Assembly: GCA_048615375.1 (NCBI GenBank)
Contig: JBMCLJ010000002.1
Span: 1 to 43,256 of the forward strand
Length of the DNA: 43,256 bases
DNA from: Candidatus Dojkabacteria bacterium
GTDB lineage: Bacteria; Patescibacteriota; Dojkabacteria; JAOAGR01
Direction of reading: 5' to 3'
Positions 27,892-37,215 of the stretch are shown piece after piece. A program made the position numbers and the translations under genes. Position 1 is the stretch's first letter. Each line of letters opens with the position of its first letter. Below the pieces are notes generated by a model. That model did not search any database. It saw only the letters and a list, made by a program, of their open reading frames with translations, and was not told where the DNA came from.

Positions 27892-29481
27892 ATGAAAATA
27901 TACGTTGTGGCGATTTGCGGGGTTGGGGTTGGTAACCTTGCAATGCTATTAAAAGAACAAGGACATGATGTACGAGGGAGTGAGTTCTCAGAAAAAACAT
28001 ACTACCCTCCAATGTCTGAATTGCTAAATCGAAGTGGCATTATTGTTGATTTCGGTTTTTCATCCGATTGTATTACTCGAGATATCGATCTGGTAATTCT
28101 GGGTGGCGCTGCTTTGATTCACGATAAGAATAACCCTCAGGTAGCCAGGGCAAAAGAATTAGGAATTAGAGTTATTTCCTACGCACGTGGGGTTGGAGAA
28201 TTTATTGCAAAAGAAAAAAATATTGAGGTGGTCGGGAACCACGGGAAAACCACAACAACAGCACTGATAGCGAGAACATTGCAGGAATGTCATGTGGATC
28301 CATCGTACTTTATCGGGGGAGCGCCGATAGGTTTTGATAAAACGGTCTATGCAGGAGCCGGTGATTGGTCAGTATGTGAAGGCGACGAATATCCTTCGAT
28401 AGGGCAAGAACCTGGAGGTAAATTCATGTACCACGCCCCTCGACATGTTGTGCTTACCTCTGCAGACTGGGATCATAAGAACATTTATACTACAAAAAGT
28501 TCTTATGTTGATAATTACATCAAGCTTTTAGGCATTCTTCCGGCAGATGGCACGATTGCTGCTTGCTATGATGGTAAAGATGTATTTAAAGTACTTAAAC
28601 ACGCCCAAAACAGTATTAACCTTTACACATTATCTTTGTTTTCTCACTATAATCCTGGACATCCACCCAGCACCATTGCATGTCATAAAGATATCAGGGA
28701 GAAAATTACCCATCTTCAGAAAAACCACAAAGAGGTTTATAAAAGAATGGGGCGAGTCTACTATGTACACGATATTGATTTTCAATGGAAAGGCAGCGCG
28801 ACATCAAAATTCAAGGTGGCTTGCTATGATGTAAAGTCGAATGATGTTAAGGATCTTGGATCCTATGAAACGGTACTTATTGGATTAATCGGAATAGAAA
28901 ATTCACTTGCATGTATTGCAACGCTACATGGTCTTGGTTTTGATACAGGTTGCTTGCAGAATGGGATTAAAGCATTTGCAGGAGTACGAAGAAAGTTAGA
29001 AGTAATTCCGACTCATAATGAGTATACACTGATTAATGATCACGCGCATTCACCTATAAAAATCAGATCCGCCTTACGCGCAGTTCGATTAAAATATCCT
29101 AAAAGTAAAATCTTTGTGGTCTTTCATGTTGTCCAATCGGGATTAAAAGAAGAGAAGACTTTTCATGAACTTTCTGACGCATTCAATCCAGCAGACTATG
29201 TGCTTATTCCCAGAGTATATCCTGATACTTCTACCAGGAAACAATTTTATGGCAAAGATTATAAGGAGGTAATTCAGCAAGGTACTCAGGAGACAGAGTG
29301 TTTAAAACCGGGAAACGTTTTTTATACGCCTGTTATAACCCAGATGAAAAGTATTTTAGAAAACAACATTAAAAAGAACGATGTTGTAATAGTCATGAGT
29401 AGCGGTGATGTTCAGGAATTTCTTTTACTATGTACAAAATTAAGAATTGACATAGTACACAGCCCTACACAGTTTACATAA
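27892..29481 (+). CDS. mpl: Mur ligase, Mpl-like (murein tripeptide ligase) / MurC family
   Basis: AICGVGVGNLA, YPPMS (Mpl-type), GNHGKTTTT, EGDEY, DH, F.GVRR and DHAHSP. Mpl versus MurC is not fully resolved. Confidence 0.7.
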   Translation: MKIYVVAICGVGVGNLAMLLKEQGHDVRGSEFSEKTYYPPMSELLNRSGIIVDFGFSSDCITRDIDLVILGGAALIHDKNNPQVARAKELGIRVISYARGVGEFIAKEKNIEVVGNHGKTTTTALIARTLQECHVDPSYFIGGAPIGFDKTVYAGAGDWSVCEGDEYPSIGQEPGGKFMYHAPRHVVLTSADWDHKNIYTTKSSYVDNYIKLLGILPADGTIAACYDGKDVFKVLKHAQNSINLYTLSLFSHYNPGHPPSTIACHKDIREKITHLQKNHKEVYKRMGRVYYVHDIDFQWKGSATSKFKVACYDVKSNDVKDLGSYETVLIGLIGIENSLACIATLHGLGFDTGCLQNGIKAFAGVRRKLEVIPTHNEYTLINDHAHSPIKIRSALRAVRLKYPKSKIFVVFHVVQSGLKEEKTFHELSDAFNPADYVLIPRVYPDTSTRKQFYGKDYKEVIQQGTQETECLKPGNVFYTPVITQMKSILENNIKKNDVVIVMSSGDVQEFLLLCTKLRIDIVHSPTQFT

Positions 29482-29493
29482 CTATAGTAAAGC

Positions 29494-30603
29494 ATGCATT
29501 TTGAACCGTACGTAGAAGTACTTCCGCTCATTATTCTTTCATTTGTTACCGCTCTTGCAATCACTCCTTTTTTACGTTGGTTCGGGCTTCGTTATGGTTT
29601 TGCGACCAAGCCGAAGGCTGAGTGGAAACCAGATGAGAGAAACGCTGTCACTGTACATCATACCAAGCGGATGTCTCGATTGGGAGAGTTTGCGATGCTT
29701 ATTCCTCTTGGTATATTTATGTGGCAGGACTTGAGCCTTAATATTCAGGTTTTAGGTTTTGTCCTTGCTGCTGGATTAATTGCAGTTATCGGTGCATTTG
29801 ACTCCAAGTATAATCTCAATGAATTTGTCAAGCTTTTTATTCTTATTTTCAGTGGAATTATACTTATCTTTACAGGTACTATGATAGATATCAACTCGAT
29901 TGTTCAATTATCCTGGTTGCCCGAAATCACTATAAACAATCCGGTTCTCAATGAACGCATGTCTGTCTTTTCAATGATCATTACGCTTATGTGGATCGTT
30001 GTTGTACCATATGCGCTAAGCCTTGTAGGTGGAGTAGATGGTTTGTCTGAAGGGACAACTACCATTGCTCTCATGATTCTGGTTCTGATTGGTATCAGAA
30101 ATGGTGATACATTTACCATTGTGATTGGCTCGGTATGTCTTGGAGGTATGTTGGGTCTGCTGCCCTATAATTTTCATCCCGCTATGATATTTTCTGAGCA
30201 TTTAATCTTTGGCTTTATTATTGCAGTGCTGTCCGTTACCTCCCAGGCAAAGATTGCTACTTCCATTCTCATACTAACTGTACCTTTGATAGACTTTATT
30301 TTTGTGCACTACTTGAGGACAAAGAAATACTTTTCAGAACAAAAAAAATTTAATTTTAGGTTATTGCTTCACTATTATGGGACTGGTGATAGGAATCATT
30401 TACACCACAAGCTCATGGATCTGGGGATGAAACCTGCTCACATTGCTCTTTTTCAGTACATACTGTACGCCGTATTAGGCTTTGCAGCTCTGGTTGTTTC
30501 TGGACTGTATTTGACGCTTGTAGTGCTTGGCAGTATTGTGTTAGTTGTGCTAATATTATGCTATATAAACTACCAACTCAATAAGATACATAAAGATACA
30601 TAA
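29494..30603 (+). CDS. MraY/WecA/TagO-family (GT4) polyprenyl-phosphate sugar-1-phosphate transferase homolog with altered catalytic motifs
   Basis: About 11 TMs, VH....RLG, GVDGL, YNFHPAMIF, P..D and DRNHLHHKL (WecA/TagO HxHH). Confidence 0.85.
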   Translation: MHFEPYVEVLPLIILSFVTALAITPFLRWFGLRYGFATKPKAEWKPDERNAVTVHHTKRMSRLGEFAMLIPLGIFMWQDLSLNIQVLGFVLAAGLIAVIGAFDSKYNLNEFVKLFILIFSGIILIFTGTMIDINSIVQLSWLPEITINNPVLNERMSVFSMIITLMWIVVVPYALSLVGGVDGLSEGTTTIALMILVLIGIRNGDTFTIVIGSVCLGGMLGLLPYNFHPAMIFSEHLIFGFIIAVLSVTSQAKIATSILILTVPLIDFIFVHYLRTKKYFSEQKKFNFRLLLHYYGTGDRNHLHHKLMDLGMKPAHIALFQYILYAVLGFAALVVSGLYLTLVVLGSIVLVVLILCYINYQLNKIHKDT

Positions 30604-30606
30604 AAT

Positions 30607-30960
30607 ATGGATAAATATTCAGAAATAGATAAAAATTTATTGGATTTGATCGCAAAAAATTGGGGGAGCTACTGCCCTTCATGTGGTGCACAGAAAGATT
30701 TGGATAAGTTGAAAATTATCCGAAAAATGGGTTCAGCTACACAGATCTTATCTGAATGTGAGCAATGTGGTATGAAAACTATCATAACTGCTTTCCCAAA
30801 CCTTGGTATGCATATTAATCAAATCCGAACTGACCTGAATACTTCGGAAATCGAAAGATTCACTTCTCCGGTAACTTCTGAAGATTATTTAGACTTTTAC
30901 AATAAAGTGAAAAAAGTTCAGAATACAAATGATTTGATTAATATGATTAATAAAGTATAA
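30607..30960 (+). CDS. Small zinc-ribbon hypothetical protein
   Basis: CPSCG...CEQCG, TDL...EI.RF..PVTSEDYLD. Confidence 0.75.
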   Translation: MDKYSEIDKNLLDLIAKNWGSYCPSCGAQKDLDKLKIIRKMGSATQILSECEQCGMKTIITAFPNLGMHINQIRTDLNTSEIERFTSPVTSEDYLDFYNKVKKVQNTNDLINMINKV

Positions 30961-30967
30961 TTTACCT

Positions 30968-31300
30968 ATGTCAAGAAACATCAACAAAGTAACAATTTTC
31001 GCAGTTGGAGCTGCAATCGGTTCAGTAATAGCACTTATGTTTGCCCCTTTTTCCGGGAAAAAGATGCGTAAATTGACCTCTGACAAAGCAAAAGTAGGAT
31101 ATGACAAAGCAAAAGACAAATATTCTTCTTTTGAAAAAAGTACTCTAAAACCAAATATCCTCAAAGCCAAGCTTAAAGGAAAAAAAGCCTGGGAAAATTC
31201 CAAAGGACATGCTGGCAAAGGCAAGGACTCTGTAGTCAAAAAAGCTGAAGAAGTTGGAGGTAGTTTCAGGTCACGTTTGTCAAAAAAAGAGGAAGCTTAG
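30968..31300 (+). CDS. YtxH domain-containing protein
   Basis: F.VGAAIG...ALMFAP.SGKKMR followed by a lysine-rich helix. Confidence 0.85.
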   Translation: MSRNINKVTIFAVGAAIGSVIALMFAPFSGKKMRKLTSDKAKVGYDKAKDKYSSFEKSTLKPNILKAKLKGKKAWENSKGHAGKGKDSVVKKAEEVGGSFRSRLSKKEEA

Positions 31301-31332
31301 TATTGCATCTTTCTAATCTACAGTAATCATAT

Positions 31333-31369
31333 AACGCACTTTTCTATTGGGAAGTGCGTTTGTTTTTTT
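31333..31369 (+). terminator. Rho-independent terminator (between convergent ytxH-like gene and rsmA)
   Basis: AACGCACTT / AAGTGCGTT stem (31333-31360) followed by TGTTTTTTT. Confidence 0.8.
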
Positions 31370-32231
31370 AAATCGTTTTCTCATCTAAAGATTCATAGAG
31401 TCGTATCCAGTTTTGTAACGTTAATTGACTAGGTCGCACGCGGTCGTCCAGACCCGCATCCTGCAGCATCTGTGCCGTAAGCCCTGCCTGTTTAAGATTA
31501 TTGAGGACTGTCTTCCGGGGTTGCATAAAACCACTTTTTATAAATTTTGTAATTGTATTGCGGTCTAAATGCTTATAATCGTCTGTTCTGGCAAACTGTA
31601 TGACTGCTGTATCCACTTTAGGAATTGGCATAAAGTGCTTTGGAGGGATAAAAAATTTTATTTCTGAATCAGCATACAACGAAGTGAACATCGCCAGGAA
31701 TGCTGAATGTGGTGGTCTGGATACATATCTTTCAGCAACTTCTTTTTGTAAAAAAAATGTTGCAGTGCTCCAGTTACTACCAGAGGTAAAAAGATTGTGG
31801 ATAATAGGTTTGGCAGCATTGTAGGGGAGTGATCCGGTTACCTTAAATGATTGTCCTGTTGACCTGTTCACTTTTTCTTTAGCAGCAATGTTCTGATAAT
31901 TTACTTTTTTCGCGTCTGCCCAAATGATATGGTAATTCGAAAAATTTTCTAACGTTTTCTCTAAAGCTGCTTTTTTCCCCCTGTCAATTTCTACACAATA
32001 AACCATTTGTGCACGTTCGCATAAAGAATATGTAATGATTCCAATGCCAGGGCCGATTTCTACGAGTGTATCTTCTGCCTCGGGGTCTATCGCGTGCATA
32101 AACCTGAGTAACGACTTTTGATTTATTAAAAAGTTTTGGCCATATTTTTTTTTAAAACCTTCCCCAAGTGTATTTGTAATAAACCTCACCAGGTTGATAT
32201 TGGCTAACGTTGTTTGCTGAGCTGGTTTCAT
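31368..32231 (-). CDS. rsmA: 16S rRNA adenine dimethyltransferase RsmA/KsgA
   Basis: KKKYGQNFL, EIGPGIG, VEID, GSLPYN, QKEVAER, F.P.PKVD and F.QPRK. Confidence 0.96.
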   Translation of the reverse strand: MKPAQQTTLANINLVRFITNTLGEGFKKKYGQNFLINQKSLLRFMHAIDPEAEDTLVEIGPGIGIITYSLCERAQMVYCVEIDRGKKAALEKTLENFSNYHIIWADAKKVNYQNIAAKEKVNRSTGQSFKVTGSLPYNAAKPIIHNLFTSGSNWSTATFFLQKEVAERYVSRPPHSAFLAMFTSLYADSEIKFFIPPKHFMPIPKVDTAVIQFARTDDYKHLDRNTITKFIKSGFMQPRKTVLNNLKQAGLTAQMLQDAGLDDRVRPSQLTLQNWIRLYESLDEKTI

Positions 32232-32243
32232 GGTTATTCTTCC

Positions 32244-33530
32244 TTATGATTTTAACGAAAGACTTTTTTGGTCTCTTTTATCGCGCGATATTTCAGTACT
32301 GTAGCATTCGTACACTCCTGCAGTAAAGGCAATTATAAAGAAAACTAAACTAGAAGAGAAAAAAGCAGTTAGTAAACTGGTAAAGTCTTTACCCACAACG
32401 ATAAAGATTAATACCTGGAGCAAACTTGCAAAAACAGGTAAATAAATATACTTCTTTTTTCCTGTGGTGAATAACCAATTAGAGAGTAGATATGATGTCG
32501 ACATGAACGTTGTGGCAAATAAAAAATATATTTCAAGAGAACGGGATGTTAAAGTGAGTTCAGTATCAAGAAAGCCTAATATATACGAGTGTAGTAGAAT
32601 GAATCCTCCACTTAAACTGATTCCTGCAATCAAGCCAATCAAGGTAGTAAAGAAGAATACGAATTTCTTAGAGTGGTCGCTTTTATTCGCTACTGAATAC
32701 ACAACAGCTGATACAGTAAAAACTCCAAAAAAAATGATTTTACGGAAAACCTGAAGGGTATTAAACTCTGTCTGGGCAATAGAATCATTAGGTAATACCC
32801 TGTCAGCGTAGACTATATCAAAATTTGCAAAAAATTCTAACCCGGCTGTCATAAGCATGATCCCGGAAAAAACAGGGAATAGCTTAACGGGCGTATAATG
32901 AATGTTTTTAAAATTGACATACTTCATGTCAAGACATATAAGCATGCTCAACACGAAACCAAGGATATGACCCAGCAGAATGCCGTTGATGCTCATGCCA
33001 AGCAGTACTGCAAAAATGAATCCTAAAAATAGTCTTCCTGCTGCTTCAAGATTCATTGAAATCACTGCGATTGTGTAGTTTTCCTCATTTTGCTTCAAAC
33101 CTCTGAAGATATTCGCTATCACGCCGATCACAGCCAGGATAATCAGCAGCGCTGACGTTATTATCGTGCCACCCTCAAGAATTGATGTCAAAATATAATT
33201 AACAGGAATGAGAAGAACCGCAAATACGATTAAACAGATAATTGCTTTATTCTTAGCCCGGACCAGCGAATCTTTAACATTACGGAATAGTGAAAGTCCC
33301 TGGCTGGTGAATATACGCATGACAGCCAATGAAGGTATAAGTAGTATGAGAGAGGCGCTCGTGTAGGCGGTGTAGAGATTAAAAAGAGGCTCGTCAATCC
33401 GGAGCAGGATGATGTTAAGCAGGTAGTTAAGTCCATTTGCGATATTACCGCCAACAAACATTAATAAATTATTCTTGAGTAGTTGTCTTTTACCGTTATT
33501 TACTTCAATATTTTCGCTATTTCTTTCCAT
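32244..33530 (-). CDS. Wzx-like polysaccharide/oligosaccharide flippase (MOP superfamily)
   Basis: About 12 TMs, N..NYL N-terminal motif, RG..Q, E...RL and DIV.A in the second half. Confidence 0.65.
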   Translation of the reverse strand: MERNSENIEVNNGKRQLLKNNLLMFVGGNIANGLNYLLNIILLRIDEPLFNLYTAYTSASLILLIPSLAVMRIFTSQGLSLFRNVKDSLVRAKNKAIICLIVFAVLLIPVNYILTSILEGGTIITSALLIILAVIGVIANIFRGLKQNEENYTIAVISMNLEAAGRLFLGFIFAVLLGMSINGILLGHILGFVLSMLICLDMKYVNFKNIHYTPVKLFPVFSGIMLMTAGLEFFANFDIVYADRVLPNDSIAQTEFNTLQVFRKIIFFGVFTVSAVVYSVANKSDHSKKFVFFFTTLIGLIAGISLSGGFILLHSYILGFLDTELTLTSRSLEIYFLFATTFMSTSYLLSNWLFTTGKKKYIYLPVFASLLQVLIFIVVGKDFTSLLTAFFSSSLVFFIIAFTAGVYECYSTEISRDKRDQKSLSLKS

Positions 33531-33557
33531 AAAAGCATGGTTATTATACATGGAGGA

Positions 33558-33965
33558 TCATTTTTTATCATCAAGTGCCCAATTCGTAAGGTTATTCAAC
33601 AAGGCAATAAAAAGCGAAGATACAATGATAATCGCAATCCTGGACAGTGAAATCGATGAAACCTGGATATCAGAATTTGAAATCGCGGAAATATAACCAT
33701 TGCTGATTGTAAAACCACTTATTAATAAGCTAAATAAATATATCATTGCTACCGAAACGAGAAAATTAAACAGGCCAAAAGAGAAGAAATTAATTGGGAG
33801 AGTTAAAAACGAAATAGTCGGCCGTATGAATATCTGAAATACCGTCAGGAAGAGAGCTAAAAAAAGCATGGTTACTGGCGAATTAAATTCAAAACCGTGT
33901 AGTAGTTGATCTACAATGAATAGTATCGCAATAAAGGAAAAAAATCTTAGTACAGCTTTTTTCAT
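33558..33965 (-). CDS. Phage holin family 4 / YvlD-like 4-TM membrane protein
   Basis: IRP....LTLPIN....GLF...V and GF.I motifs. ATG 33965 preferred. Confidence 0.8.
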   Translation of the reverse strand: MKKAVLRFFSFIAILFIVDQLLHGFEFNSPVTMLFLALFLTVFQIFIRPTISFLTLPINFFSFGLFNFLVSVAMIYLFSLLISGFTISNGYISAISNSDIQVSSISLSRIAIIIVSSLFIALLNNLTNWALDDKK

Positions 33966-34077
33966 TGCATGTATGTTTGCACATCTTCTTTGAAATGTAA
34001 AAAAAGCACAGCGAAAAAACTTTGCATAATTCAAAATATCAGTTAATATAGTCGTAGTAACTGAGCTGCTCGTATAC

Positions 34078-34713
34078 ATGGCGAAGAACAAAACAGAAAA
34101 ACCTTTTAACCTTCTTTACAAGTTTGAACCACAAAAGTCAGGAATCGATAAACTATACGATTTCGTAATGATGCAAGGGCGAATGATTGTGGTTTTCGTC
34201 ATGCTTATTATTATTGTTGCGTTTGTATTTCGTTTTCCTCTTGACCGTCAGTTAAATAATGAGATTAAACGCGCGGAAAAAAATGTGCAGAGGCTGGAAT
34301 ATTACGAAGGCGAAATCGAGAATGGATTTCGTGATACCCTCGCTAGGACAGAGTCCGCAAGAAAATACCTGGATACCTATCCGCGAGAAGAAGAAGCTCC
34401 TGTAGTTGGGCTTGCTGAAGATGAAAAAACCGGCCAGATAGAGGTTTACAGGATTCTGGAAAAAGCTTTAGAGATTAAAGAGGAGTTTGACGAGGATATC
34501 GTCCTGTATGAATATTCATATGAGAGTGATCCAGCACTGGAGGGACAAAGTATGTTAACCATTTCCGGGCTGGCTTCGACTAATCAAATTGCTGAAAAGT
34601 TCAGGGACACTATTCGTGAAGAAAAGAAGCTTGTGCGGGCAATAACCATGAGCAGTCGGTCCGCGGATGAAGGATTCGCTATCAATCTGGTTATTACTGT
34701 CAAGAAACCATAA
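34078..34713 (+). CDS. PilN-like type IV pilus alignment protein
   Basis: N-terminal FNLL motif (PilM-binding INLL equivalent), single TM, coiled coil, LTISG.A ferredoxin-like domain. Confidence 0.6.
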   Translation: MAKNKTEKPFNLLYKFEPQKSGIDKLYDFVMMQGRMIVVFVMLIIIVAFVFRFPLDRQLNNEIKRAEKNVQRLEYYEGEIENGFRDTLARTESARKYLDTYPREEEAPVVGLAEDEKTGQIEVYRILEKALEIKEEFDEDIVLYEYSYESDPALEGQSMLTISGLASTNQIAEKFRDTIREEKKLVRAITMSSRSADEGFAINLVITVKKP

Positions 34714-34725
34714 AAAAACTACATT

Positions 34726-35448
34726 ATGAGTAAAACCAACCATTCTAAAGTAAGCATTTACGATTTTTTTTATGCGAACAAAACCAGAAAAGCATACTCC
34801 ATGCTTGGTATAAGTTTAATTCTTATTATTATTCTTGTAGTATTTGCTTTGCTGCCAACAATTAGAACTATCGGCAGAATTCGGGAAAATATCTCAGTTT
34901 ATAAAGAGTTGAACGATACTGCTGAAACAAAAATTAAAGCGAGTCAGAATTTACAGTCCCAACAGAATACAACCAGCGAAGAATCGCCAGATGGTCTAAA
35001 GAATGAAATTGATTTTATGAATAAGGTCTTCTCACATGATTATTCTATTGAAAGTTTATACTTGAATATAGAGGAGAGGGCAGAAAAAAACGGAGTCAGA
35101 ATAGTCGATATCGATTCAACATACGAAGTAGAAGGCAGTTCTGTCAGCTCAGAAGATTTTGACAGTAGTTCATATTCGCCTTCTACCTATTCATATGAAC
35201 TTGATCTCAGCATCCAGAGCAAGGATACCGATGATCTGTTCGCATTTATAAATAGTATTGAAGGGCCTGACGAGTTTCCCATTTTTGCCAGAATAGGAGA
35301 CATGTCGATTACTGACCATCGGTTTAAAATTGAAGAAGGGAGAGGAGATGAAAAGCCAAAGGAATACCTTGATGCTACAATGCAGTTCATCATTTATCTT
35401 GATGAGACCCGGTATGCAGAAGGAGGAGCGTTCGCTGATGATTTTTGA
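34726..35448 (+). CDS. PilO-like type IV pilus alignment protein
   Basis: Single TM followed by FALLPT, coiled coil, A.KNGV.I and L.AFI..IE. Lies directly after the pilN-like gene. Confidence 0.6.
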   Translation: MSKTNHSKVSIYDFFYANKTRKAYSMLGISLILIIILVVFALLPTIRTIGRIRENISVYKELNDTAETKIKASQNLQSQQNTTSEESPDGLKNEIDFMNKVFSHDYSIESLYLNIEERAEKNGVRIVDIDSTYEVEGSSVSSEDFDSSSYSPSTYSYELDLSIQSKDTDDLFAFINSIEGPDEFPIFARIGDMSITDHRFKIEEGRGDEKPKEYLDATMQFIIYLDETRYAEGGAFADDF

Positions 35449-35489
35449 AGTAAGGAGCTGGGCTTTCTGTTACAATCCTGCATACGAAC

Positions 35490-36545
35490 ATGTTTAGTAA
35501 AAAAAAATTCACTGTAAAGATTGAGTTTCCTAACAAGCAAATACTTAAGTTGCTTGTAGTTGTTCTTTTGGTGTTTTTACTTATTTATCTTAAGACAGAA
35601 GTGTTGATACTTCTGCTGGCGTTCATCTTTATGGCAGCCTTTAAGCCGGCAGCTGAATTTCTTGAACAGCATGTTAAAATTCCCCGTGCGATCTCCCTCT
35701 TTACTGTGTATTTAGTTGTACTTACAATTCTTGGCGCATCAGTTTATTTTGTAGGTAAGCCGCTTTCGAGTGAAATTAATAATTTTGTGGAGAATACTCC
35801 AAGAATTGTAAATAATTTCGTAGCATCAGTTCCTTTTTTTAATGATCGTTTTAATGAAGAAGAGATAAGTACCGCAATTAATGAAAGTATTAACGGGCTT
35901 TTTGACAATTTTCGAAGTACATTTGATGCTATCATTAACTTCACTTTCGGTGCATTTAACATTGCTGTAAATATTATTACAATATTCATCATCTCGATTT
36001 ATCTTTATCTTGAAAGGGAAAAAGTAATAAATTATATTACACGTTTATTCAATCTGGATAAGAAGCACTTTATGTATACCTACGAAAAAGTAGAAGTTCA
36101 ATTGGGTGCCTGGGTACGCGGACAGCTATTACTTGGTTTGATAATTGGCTTCTCAACGTGGATTCTATTGTCACTGTTCGGGTTTAAATTTGCTGTTCCA
36201 CTTGCTTTTCTGGCTGGATTGCTGGAGCTGATTCCAATTATTGGGCCGATAATAACTGGAATCCTTATAACGATTGTAGGTTTGAGCACGAGTCCGATTC
36301 TTGGCATAATAGGGCTGCTTATATCAGTTCTACTTCAGCAGCTGGAAAACAGTTTACTGGTGCCAAATATTATGAAAAAAGCAGTCGGTCTTTCTCCAGT
36401 GGTGACCTTACTATCGATATTAATTGGCGCGAAACTACTAGGATTGCTTGGGGCTGTTATTGCAATTCCTTGCGCAGCAACTGTATCAGTATTGCTTGAT
36501 GTTTACATGCAGCATCGTTTAAACCATAATCAGGAAATGAATTAA
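35490..36545 (+). CDS. AI-2E family transporter (PerM/YhhT)
   Basis: WVRGQL, ELIPIIGP, QQLEN.LLVP.IM...VGLSP and G...AIP. Confidence 0.93.
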   Translation: MFSKKKFTVKIEFPNKQILKLLVVVLLVFLLIYLKTEVLILLLAFIFMAAFKPAAEFLEQHVKIPRAISLFTVYLVVLTILGASVYFVGKPLSSEINNFVENTPRIVNNFVASVPFFNDRFNEEEISTAINESINGLFDNFRSTFDAIINFTFGAFNIAVNIITIFIISIYLYLEREKVINYITRLFNLDKKHFMYTYEKVEVQLGAWVRGQLLLGLIIGFSTWILLSLFGFKFAVPLAFLAGLLELIPIIGPIITGILITIVGLSTSPILGIIGLLISVLLQQLENSLLVPNIMKKAVGLSPVVTLLSILIGAKLLGLLGAVIAIPCAATVSVLLDVYMQHRLNHNQEMN

Positions 36546-36547
36546 GA

Positions 36548-37180
36548 ATGATTACCTATTTACGACCAAAATTTGATAAATTTGTAGAAAAGTCAGTTAA
36601 CCGTATACCGTTTTTAATTAAAATTCACCCGGATGTATTGTCACTAATGACTGTGTTTGCAGCCTGTATAACCGCTGGTCTGTTTATATCCGGGAATTAT
36701 CTATGGGCACTTGCAAGCTTTATTCTAGGTTTTGTTGATGGGATTGATGGCGCTGTCGCCAGGGCGACGAAGACAAGTTCCGCGTGGGGGGGCTTCCTTG
36801 ACGCGACTCTTGATAGAGTTACCGAAACTATCATAGCTTTCTCATTAGGTTTATCAGGTTTGATTAGCTGGCCGATTTGTTTCCTTGGAATTACTACAAG
36901 CTTATTAGTAAGCTATTTAAAGGCAAAGGCTGAAGCCGGACTCGGTATTGATAAAGTCGGTACGAATAACCTTTCAGTTGGTCTTGTGCAACGCTTAGAG
37001 AGACCCATATTCATTGCTGGTGGAGTGCTTGTATACGTATTTGTGTACCAGGGCACGTTTCTTGGTTACAACGCTGTTGAGCTGGTTACCATACTCCTTA
37101 TTGTTTTGACAGTTATGACTTTTGGTATGAGAATGCGTGTAGCCTATCAATTATTTAAGGAGAAAAAAAACAAGAGTTAG
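36548..37180 (+). CDS. CDP-alcohol phosphatidyltransferase (PIP/AIP-synthase-like)
   Basis: Signature DGIDGAVAR-x8-GGFLDATLDR, SYLKAKAE and VG..QR.ER. Confidence 0.88.
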   Translation: MITYLRPKFDKFVEKSVNRIPFLIKIHPDVLSLMTVFAACITAGLFISGNYLWALASFILGFVDGIDGAVARATKTSSAWGGFLDATLDRVTETIIAFSLGLSGLISWPICFLGITTSLLVSYLKAKAEAGLGIDKVGTNNLSVGLVQRLERPIFIAGGVLVYVFVYQGTFLGYNAVELVTILLIVLTVMTFGMRMRVAYQLFKEKKNKS

Positions 37181-37206
37181 CACTGCCTATACATTTCTGC
37201 TAAAAT
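37177..37206 (+). promoter_or_regulatory. CIRCE-like operator overlapping the extended -10 of dnaJ
   Basis: TTAGCACTG-N9-TTCTGCTAA (37177-37203) overlapping TGcTAAAAT (37198-37206). Confidence 0.7.
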
Positions 37207-37215
37207 CGGCAACGT

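Noticed and set aside
33558-33965. Prophage suggested by the holin-family gene
   Set aside because: No endolysin, integrase or structural genes nearby. YvlD/holin-4 genes are common in chromosomal contexts.
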